The notes beneath the pieces were generated by a model that saw only the letters and a program-made list of their open reading frames with translations, had not been told where the DNA came from and ran no database searches. Below are positions 15,919 through 22,236 of a stretch of 30,773 nucleotides of DNA, one piece after another (position 1 is the first letter of the stretch; every line of letters begins with the position of its first letter). This stretch comes from a virus (taxonomy: Duplodnaviria; Heunggongvirae; Uroviricota; Caudoviricetes): the IMG/VR virus record IMGVR_UViG_3300042991_000725, positions 123,632 through 154,404 of that record; one strand, 5' to 3'. The translations under genes were made by a program, and so were the position numbers.

Positions 15919-17799
15919 ATGGCAAACAAAATTCCTAAGTATATGACCTATGTAACTGCCAGTATCAAAAATGAGTCTCAGCTTGACGATGATAAAGCCA
16001 AGCAATTAGATAGTGTTCGCGCCAGCCTTGAAGATTTTATCCCACAACTTTATAGAGACAAGCAAGTAGATTTGGCGTATATTGACGCAATACAGGTGAG
16101 TGTTGGTGATAATACGAATGATGATGTTTTTGTTGGAGAAGAACTTTTTGCGGCTATTGACACTATCCCTCTTAAGCCTATTAATTCTGAACACAATAAA
16201 GAAAAGATTATTGGCGTCATGTATCGTAGCGATTTTGTAGATGCCGAATTCAAGATTAAGGCCAGAGAGGAAATCTCTGATGCTTTGGCCAATGACGAAA
16301 ATTATAAATTCCATATATTATCCAATGGAGTTTTATACAAATTTATCTACCCAGACGAAGTCGAAGAAATTGTTGCAGGCGCGAACGAGGGTAAGAAGTT
16401 TGTTTCAATGGAATGTTATTTCGATGGTTTCGATTATAAATATGGAGATGATATAGTCGATAGGAATGAACATACAGACTTTTTGTTCCCTTATTTGAGA
16501 GCTTTCGGTGGGAGTGGTGTTTTTAATGGGAAAACAGTGAAACGTGTTCTTCGAAAGATTATGTTCTCTGGCCAAGGGATCGTCGCCCACCCGGCCAATA
16601 AAGATAGCTTCATTCTAAGTATTGCTAGCGAACAGCTTCGGTACATAAAAATACAGAAGAAGCATTATCGTCCTGTCATAGTCAATGGAATGGTAGTTAG
16701 TTTGGCTTCTTATAAAGATAATATTTATAACGAAAAGGAAGAAATAGATACTGACAACGTTATTGTTTCTTATGACAATGAGTATTATAGGTATATTTTG
16801 ACCAAGTGTTTAGCGGCGTCTGACGTTGTAGCTTGGGTCGATGAGAAATTTCGTGTTGTAGATTTACTCCGTAGCAATATTGGTGGCAATAAGTTAATCT
16901 CTGATATGAAGGCTAAATATTTAATCAAAATAACAGACAGTATTGCTAGCGCTTGCGGCATTGGTGTTGGGGCCACTATCGACATAAACCCAGACGATAA
17001 TGCAATTTCTATGTGTTTAATTAAGGCAATAAACGGTGTATATAATAATAGTATAGCAAATTCTATTTTGACCGTTAAGGAGGAGAGCATGGATATTGAG
17101 ATGCTGAAAAAGGAAAATGAATCTTTGAAGGCCGAGCTTGAAAAGGCTTTTGCTGCCATTAAGCAGTTCGAAGGCCAGGAGGTGAACAAGAAGATTGAAG
17201 CCCTTTCTTCCGACATTAAGAGTCGCGACGAAAAGGTTTCTGCTCTTGAAAAGACCGTTGCTGAAATGACAGAAAAACAGACTTCTCTTGTTACCGAGCT
17301 TGAATCTAAGGGCAAGGAAATTGAGACGCTCAGCTCCAGCATTAAGGCCGAGATTGACAAGGTTGCCGAGATTGAGAAACAGAAGGCGGAGCTTGTTGCA
17401 CAGATTGAGAAGGTTGAAAGTGAGAAGATTATGGCTGCTAGGACGGCCGAGCTTTCCAAGTACGACCTTAGTGACAAGCAGCTTGAAGTTGTAAACGCCG
17501 AAGTTGCCGCAATCAACTACAAAGACGCAGACGCATTCACCAAATATGTTGGGAAACTTGCTCTGTTCACGAAGACGAAGGAGCAGAAGAATGCCGAAGC
17601 TGCCGCTAGCAATACAGAAACTGACGCTGCCAAGGCTGCAGCTGCTGCGCTGAAGGGCGCTCAGGCCGGAACGTCTAAGACCGACGAAGAGATTGCGAAA
17701 GAGACCGAAGCGAAGGCTGCCGAGTTGCGTACAGCTATCGTGAAAGATCTTCTTCCTCCTCCGGCTCAAAGGCGGGAAGACAAGAGCAAAAAGAGTTAA
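15919..17799 (+). CDS. Prohead protease fused to scaffold
   Basis: The N-terminal domain has INSEH..KIIG (His), FVSMEC (Ser) and GIVAHPANKDSFI, as in HK97/herpes-clan phage proteases. The C-terminal ~236 aa is an Ala/Glu/Lys coiled coil. Lies between portal and capsid genes. Confidence 0.7.
   Translation: MANKIPKYMTYVTASIKNESQLDDDKAKQLDSVRASLEDFIPQLYRDKQVDLAYIDAIQVSVGDNTNDDVFVGEELFAAIDTIPLKPINSEHNKEKIIGVMYRSDFVDAEFKIKAREEISDALANDENYKFHILSNGVLYKFIYPDEVEEIVAGANEGKKFVSMECYFDGFDYKYGDDIVDRNEHTDFLFPYLRAFGGSGVFNGKTVKRVLRKIMFSGQGIVAHPANKDSFILSIASEQLRYIKIQKKHYRPVIVNGMVVSLASYKDNIYNEKEEIDTDNVIVSYDNEYYRYILTKCLAASDVVAWVDEKFRVVDLLRSNIGGNKLISDMKAKYLIKITDSIASACGIGVGATIDINPDDNAISMCLIKAINGVYNNSIANSILTVKEESMDIEMLKKENESLKAELEKAFAAIKQFEGQEVNKKIEALSSDIKSRDEKVSALEKTVAEMTEKQTSLVTELESKGKEIETLSSSIKAEIDKVAEIEKQKAELVAQIEKVESEKIMAARTAELSKYDLSDKQLEVVNAEVAAINYKDADAFTKYVGKLALFTKTKEQKNAEAAASNTETDAAKAAAAALKGAQAGTSKTDEEIAKETEAKAAELRTAIVKDLLPPPAQRREDKSKKS
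17035..17051 (+). promoter_or_regulatory. Candidate phage late-promoter motif, copy 2 (GGTGTATAT-AAT-A-A-TAG), inside the protease gene
   Basis: Same consensus as copies 1 and 3. Ends 37 nt before the nested ATG at 17089. Confidence 0.55.
17089..17799 (+). CDS. Nested in-frame scaffolding protein (236 aa)
   Basis: AAGGAGG at 17077-17083, 5 nt before an in-frame ATG (codon 391). The coiled coil begins exactly here, and the promoter-like motif lies just upstream. Confidence 0.6.
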   Translation: MDIEMLKKENESLKAELEKAFAAIKQFEGQEVNKKIEALSSDIKSRDEKVSALEKTVAEMTEKQTSLVTELESKGKEIETLSSSIKAEIDKVAEIEKQKAELVAQIEKVESEKIMAARTAELSKYDLSDKQLEVVNAEVAAINYKDADAFTKYVGKLALFTKTKEQKNAEAAASNTETDAAKAAAAALKGAQAGTSKTDEEIAKETEAKAAELRTAIVKDLLPPPAQRREDKSKKS

Positions 17800-17832
17800 T
17801 TATTCCGATTATAATTTTTAGGAGATTTAAAA

Positions 17833-18279
17833 ATGGGACTTAAAGGTGATATGGTTGGCGTTCTCTACGAGAACAAGTACGTTGCGAGCACAAATGACAT
17901 GGAAAAGGGTGGTATTGCTTGCGTGTCTACGGCTGGTTCGGGAAATAAGACGACTATTTCTTATCCCGGCAATCCTAGCGGAGCATATGCTGTAGGCGTT
18001 CTCATGGAAACGGTAGATAAGGATCTGGATTGGACGGATCGTCCTCGTTACACTGAGAAGGGCACTCTTGACGCTGGTGAACAGGTTCCGCTTCTTGTTA
18101 TCGGTCAGGTCAACACGAACATGATCGTAACTGGCGTTACTCCTTCTCCGGGCGAGACTGCGTATCTTGGCGCTTCTGGTAAAGTGACGAATGTCCTTGC
18201 TGATGGCGCTCCGACTATTGGCCAGTTTGCTACGATGAAGGACGCCAATGGCTATGTGTATCTTGACGTTCGTCTGTAA
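17833..18279 (+). CDS. Putative capsid decoration/cement protein
   Basis: 148 aa, Gly/Thr/Val-rich, between scaffold and major capsid genes. SD AGGAG. AVGVL...IGQV...YLGASG...IGQF pattern recalls head-decoration proteins. Confidence 0.55.
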   Translation: MGLKGDMVGVLYENKYVASTNDMEKGGIACVSTAGSGNKTTISYPGNPSGAYAVGVLMETVDKDLDWTDRPRYTEKGTLDAGEQVPLLVIGQVNTNMIVTGVTPSPGETAYLGASGKVTNVLADGAPTIGQFATMKDANGYVYLDVRL

Positions 18280-18342
18280 TAAATGGTGTTGTAAACCCTA
18301 GCGGGATATAATATCCTGCGTTTAGGAAAAGGAGAAACGAAA

Positions 18343-19350
18343 ATGCTTAAGGCTGATGTAAAAACAATTGATCTTGTGAAGCGCATTGGTAGTGCTGACA
18401 TCAACATTCACCGTGAAGCGATGCAGGCGTTGGCTGCTGAGATCAAAGAGCCTATTCAGCGCCTTGTGTTCGACGGCGATATCTCTGAGCAGATTTTCGT
18501 CGAAATTCCGGCCGCTGAGTACGGCGGAAGCGTTCCGTTCCCCAAGGATTTCATCACCGCTGGCAATGAAGATGATTTTGTTGCCTATAAGATGCCTAAG
18601 CAGGGTGGTGTTCCTGAGAGACAGGTTGAAGGCGATGAGATTTGGGTGCCGACTTACGAGATTGCCAACTCGGTTGACTGGAAGCTCTCGTATGCTCGCA
18701 ATAGCCGTATTGATGTTATCAGCCGTGGTTTGGCTGCTCTGACTGCCGGATTCGTCAAGAAGAACAATGACGATGGCTGGACAACTATTATCACTGCGGC
18801 GGCTCAGAAGGGCACTATGTATGCTGACTCGTCTGCTTCTGCTGGTGTGTTTACCCCTGCAGCCCTCAGCAGCATGAAGACTGGCGCAATGAGAGCTGGT
18901 GGAAATGCTACGTCGCTGTGGAAGTTCGCAATCACCGACGTGTTCATCAGCCCAGAGGCTCTTGAAGACATTCGTGGTTGGGATCTCACGACCGACAAGG
19001 TTGATGAATACACCATGCGCGAGATCTTTGTGAACGACGGACTTGCCAAGATTTACGGCACTCTCGTCCACGTTTACAAGGAGTTTGGTGAAGGTCAAGA
19101 GTATCAGACGATTTACGGCGACACTTCTGGTAAGACAAATATGGCCGCTGGCGACCAGGAAATTTTCATCGGCCTTGACCTTGATCCTCAGAAGCGTTCT
19201 AACACATTCGTTCGCCCTGTTAGCCTGCCTCTTCAGATTTTCGAAGACTCTGCGACTCTTCACCGCAAGCAGAAGGCCGGTTATTATGCATGGATGGAGC
19301 TGGGAAATGCAGTAAACGATACAAGGGCAACTTATATTGGCTCATTTTGA
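18343..19350 (+). CDS. Major capsid protein (HK97-like fold expected)
   Basis: 335 aa, last gene of the head module. Strong SD (AAGGAG), strongly biased codons, followed by a terminator. Segments DVFISPEALEDIRGW and QKAGYYAWMELG fit capsid P-domain strands. Confidence 0.8.
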   Translation: MLKADVKTIDLVKRIGSADINIHREAMQALAAEIKEPIQRLVFDGDISEQIFVEIPAAEYGGSVPFPKDFITAGNEDDFVAYKMPKQGGVPERQVEGDEIWVPTYEIANSVDWKLSYARNSRIDVISRGLAALTAGFVKKNNDDGWTTIITAAAQKGTMYADSSASAGVFTPAALSSMKTGAMRAGGNATSLWKFAITDVFISPEALEDIRGWDLTTDKVDEYTMREIFVNDGLAKIYGTLVHVYKEFGEGQEYQTIYGDTSGKTNMAAGDQEIFIGLDLDPQKRSNTFVRPVSLPLQIFEDSATLHRKQKAGYYAWMELGNAVNDTRATYIGSF

Positions 19351-19376
19351 AATAGTTATCAAATAAGCACTTATGT

Positions 19377-19413
19377 AAAAATCCTCAATGAAAAATTGGG
19401 GATTTTTATTTTT
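19377..19413 (+). terminator. Rho-independent terminator after the major capsid gene
   Basis: AAAAATCCTCAAT-GAAAA-ATTGGGGATTTTT hairpin (one G.U pair) followed by ATTTTT. The A and T flanks suggest it works in both directions. Confidence 0.8.
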
Positions 19414-19417
19414 CCCA

Positions 19418-19445
19418 TTGACAATTTGAACTTCTATAGTATACT
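19418..19445 (+). promoter_or_regulatory. Sigma70-type promoter for the HTH-nuclease gene
   Basis: TTGACA (19418-19423), 16-nt spacer, TATACT (19440-19445). SD GGAG before ATG 19487. Confidence 0.6.
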
Positions 19446-19486
19446 GTCAATAGAGAAATAAAACATTAACCCATTGGAGAGATAAC

Positions 19487-21277
19487 ATGAGCAGGGTTTT
19501 TTGGACGAAACGTGACGAATATGTTTTGAGGAAGATGACAGAAATAGGATACTTTGCAAGTCAGATAGGGAATGTACTTGGTAAAAGTATTGGCGCTATT
19601 GACAGCAAGCGTTTTCATGATAATATAAAAAGTGGGGGAAGTGTTGATGTTGTAGATGACGAGGAGGTTAAGGCTATTTTAGCTGAAGCCGACGCCGCCA
19701 ATCCTCCTATTATCGCTGTTCAAAAGGCAAGATTCCAACACTGGACGCCAGAACAAGACAGCCAGCTTCGTGATCTTGTGGAAAAGAAATATAGAGACAT
19801 CGAGATTGCCAAGATATTTGGTACGACAAAAAAGTCTGTTGAATTTAGGCGCTATTATCTGGATATATCAAAGCGCAAGCGTTGCAAAAATTGGACAGAA
19901 GAGGAAAGGCAAGTTCTTAAATCTATGTATGAGGCTGGGAAGTCAGATGACGAAATCGCTGGAAAATTGGGTCGTCCATGGTCCTCTATAGAATTTACCA
20001 GAAAGCAGATGAAACTTATTAGAGAAGAACAGAGAAGGGCTAGAGTTGATAAATTGGCCAGTATGCGCGAAGCCGATATTCGAAAATACTTTGCTGAATA
20101 TGCCAGCCGAAAATTACCTAGCGAACTGGCCAAGGACTTAAATATTGGCCGGGAGCGTATTCTCAAACTTGGCAATGAGTACCATATTGATGTTTTTGTT
20201 TATGCGAAATCTTGTGTCATTGAAGATATTGAGCTTATCATCTGCAGGTTCGATGATGGAGAAGGTCTTGACGATATTGCCAGAGAGTACGAAATTGGCG
20301 ATAAACAGATGTCTGACATTTTCTATTCTTACTATGTCAAAGAAGTTAAGCGGGTCGATTGGGCAAAGTTGCCAGAAGACGACATTCGTGCTTATCTTAA
20401 AGAGACTATGGATTATGAAAAAGTGGCTGAGAAGTTTGGACTTACCGTACTTTGTCTGCAGAATCGCAACTATCATAACTGGCTGATTGATTGCCGATGT
20501 TACGAAATTGGTGAAGAATTGGCCGGTAAGATTAAGGCGGATTTAGAGGGTGGGTTGGGCTATGACGAAATAGCCGAAAAGTACGATGTGAGTTGTGACG
20601 CTATAGCTAGGAAAAATGTTACTTATTGGCACGTTAAACAAACTAATATTTTTGATTGGACTAACATTAACCATGAGGCCGTGAAGGAATTTCTTGAAAG
20701 TAGTGGAAGTTTGATTGAAACGGCAAAAAAGTTTAATATACCAAAAAACGCTTTATATTATTGGGCCAGAAAGAACAAGGTTTATGCTATTTATTGGACA
20801 CAAGAAGAATATGATTTGGTAAAGAAAACGCTTGAAGAGACTAGGGATTTTTACGAAACTTCGAAATTATGCGGTGTTGGTGTAAGGAGGATAGCAAGGC
20901 AGAACAGAAAGAATGGCAGATTTCCTTCTTTTTGCGTAGATATGCCTTGTGAATTCGGAAAACAAACCTTTGGCAAAGATGGCATTCTGTATCGCTCCAT
21001 ATTTGAAGCGTCCGTAGCCGACTATCTATTCGACGCCAAAATTCCTTATGAAGACCAAAAGCAGGTCTGTAAGGAAAGGTGTTGGCGTTGCGATTTTTAC
21101 CTGCCCAAGCAGAAATTATGGCTTGAAGTTGATGGGCTTGGAGACACTAGAAAAGAATATGATCGCACCTATCAAGTCTACCTAGATAAGATAAACTATT
21201 ACAAATCAAACAATTACAACTATTTTGTTTTGCCGCAATTCAAATGGCAGACTGTATTATTGTCTCTTATTTCTTGA
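19487..21277 (+). CDS. Multi-HTH repeat protein with a C-terminal PD-(D/E)xK (Vsr/DUF559-like) nuclease domain; possible free-standing homing endonuclease
   Basis: Three Myb-like WTxE...IAxxLG repeats, then six more HTH-like units (LAKDLNIG, IAREYEIG, VAEKFGLT, IAEKYDVS, TAKKFNIP, TSKLCGVG). C-terminus YRSIFEASVADYL...RCDFYLP...WLEVDG...KINYY. Confidence 0.7.
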   Translation: MSRVFWTKRDEYVLRKMTEIGYFASQIGNVLGKSIGAIDSKRFHDNIKSGGSVDVVDDEEVKAILAEADAANPPIIAVQKARFQHWTPEQDSQLRDLVEKKYRDIEIAKIFGTTKKSVEFRRYYLDISKRKRCKNWTEEERQVLKSMYEAGKSDDEIAGKLGRPWSSIEFTRKQMKLIREEQRRARVDKLASMREADIRKYFAEYASRKLPSELAKDLNIGRERILKLGNEYHIDVFVYAKSCVIEDIELIICRFDDGEGLDDIAREYEIGDKQMSDIFYSYYVKEVKRVDWAKLPEDDIRAYLKETMDYEKVAEKFGLTVLCLQNRNYHNWLIDCRCYEIGEELAGKIKADLEGGLGYDEIAEKYDVSCDAIARKNVTYWHVKQTNIFDWTNINHEAVKEFLESSGSLIETAKKFNIPKNALYYWARKNKVYAIYWTQEEYDLVKKTLEETRDFYETSKLCGVGVRRIARQNRKNGRFPSFCVDMPCEFGKQTFGKDGILYRSIFEASVADYLFDAKIPYEDQKQVCKERCWRCDFYLPKQKLWLEVDGLGDTRKEYDRTYQVYLDKINYYKSNNYNYFVLPQFKWQTVLLSLIS

Positions 21278-21284
21278 ATAGTAC

Positions 21285-21312
21285 TTGACAATATGGTAAT
21301 TGACTGTATTAT
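21285..21312 (+). promoter_or_regulatory. Sigma70-type promoter for the tmRNA
   Basis: TTGACA (21285-21290), 16-nt spacer, TATTAT (21307-21312), 23 nt before the mature tmRNA 5' end. Confidence 0.55.
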
Positions 21313-21335
21313 ATTGGTAGTTCTTTGATAATAAT

Positions 21336-21701
21336 GGGGATGACACAGATTCGATGCATATGCAATAATGTGACTGCATGACATGGGTGATGGGCCGGCC
21401 ATGTAAAAAGCCTATCAAAAAAAAGTGGCAACATCATGAAACTGGCTCCGGCCAGACTCGCTGCTTAAGGTGGCGACCGAAAGCGTGAGATATCCGTGGT
21501 AGCGTGAGTAGGACAGTACAACGGAATATGCTTGGTGATATTGGCAGACGGTTTTATCCCAAGGTGAAATTTAAATCGTCAAGACCTCCTATAGATGCTG
21601 GTTTCGTGCTTCAGGAGAAGATGTGAAGCGTTAGCCAGACAATCATGTAGACGCTACATTTGAGCGTACAGCACACGAGGGGGCAGTACCCTCCATCTCC
21701 A
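21336..21701 (+). ncRNA. ssrA: tmRNA, one-piece, CCA not encoded
   Basis: 5' GGGGATG pairs with 3' CATCTCC-A, giving the G3.U alanine identity pair and discriminator A. GATTCGA follows the 5' stem. T arm GAGGG-GGCAGTA-CCCTC. Pseudoknot 1: ACATGG/CCATGT with TGATGGGC/GCCTATCA. Helix CTGCATGA/TCATGTAG. Tag frame ends in LAA. Confidence 0.92.
21427..21468 (+). other. tmRNA tag reading frame, (A)GNIMKLAPARLAA*
   Basis: Follows the A-run directly after pk1 (AAAAAAAAGT-GGC). Ends CTC GCT GCT TAA, the LAA C-terminus recognised by ClpXP. The exact resume codon is inferred. Confidence 0.85.
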
Positions 21702-21722
21702 AATTATATACTGTAGTTGTTG

Positions 21723-21753
21723 GCGGACGGTCTTAACGGCCGTTCGCTTTTTT
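21723..21753 (+). terminator. Rho-independent terminator after the tmRNA
   Basis: GCGGACGGTC-TTAAC-GGCCGTTCGC hairpin (two G.U pairs) followed by T6. Confidence 0.8.
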
Positions 21754-21801
21754 ATTTGTTGTCACCAAAGCGATTACGCTTGTCAACTTACATCTCAATT
21801 C

Positions 21802-21818
21802 GGTGTATATTATAGTAG
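21802..21818 (+). promoter_or_regulatory. Candidate phage late-promoter motif, copy 3 (GGTGTATAT-TAT-A-G-TAG)
   Basis: Intergenic, after the tmRNA terminator and ahead of the second structural gene block starting at 21881. Confidence 0.6.
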
Positions 21819-21880
21819 GGACAGAGTATTGTCGTACTGTGCCCTTTTTTACATAACAACTTTAATAACAGGAGTTAATA

Positions 21881-22222
21881 ATGCCTAATCTAGAAAAACA
21901 CGACTATACTCATGGAGTCACAACGGTCACGGATCAGAGCAATAGCGCGGCTTCTGTTACCGCCACTGTTGCTTCTGACTGGGTTAAGCAATATGGTCTT
22001 GTTGCGTTCTCTGGCGGTTCTACCGATCAGGCATACAAAGTTGAAGTGAAGATTGCCGGAGTAACAAAGATTACCCATTATGGCGCTGCAGGGACCACTG
22101 CTGGATTAAGTTTTGCTGCTCCGTATGTTCCTCATACCAGCTTCAATGAGGCCCTATCTGTTGTGACTACTCCAGATATCACCGGGAAGTGTGTTGCAAA
22201 CATGTCTTACATAGAGTATTAA
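21881..22222 (+). CDS. Hypothetical beta-rich protein, probably virion-associated
   Basis: 113 aa, rich in Thr/Val/Ala/Ser, SD CAGGAG. First gene after motif copy 3. No family recognised. Confidence 0.55.
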   Translation: MPNLEKHDYTHGVTTVTDQSNSAASVTATVASDWVKQYGLVAFSGGSTDQAYKVEVKIAGVTKITHYGAAGTTAGLSFAAPYVPHTSFNEALSVVTTPDITGKCVANMSYIEY

Positions 22223-22236
22223 TTTAGGAGTAGGCC

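Noticed and set aside
16785-19263. Long minus-strand ORFs 16785..17516, 17017..17769 and 18322..19263
   Set aside because: They are antisense shadows of the codon-biased scaffold and capsid genes, with no recognisable motifs or ribosome-binding sites.
21677-21701. Stand-alone tRNA gene
   Set aside because: Only a T arm and acceptor 3' strand are present. They pair with 21336-21342 as the tRNA-like domain of the tmRNA, and there is no anticodon arm.
21818-21850. Terminator or attenuator hairpin followed by T6 just after motif copy 3
   Set aside because: The stem needs two bulges and looks weak, and folding energy cannot be computed here.
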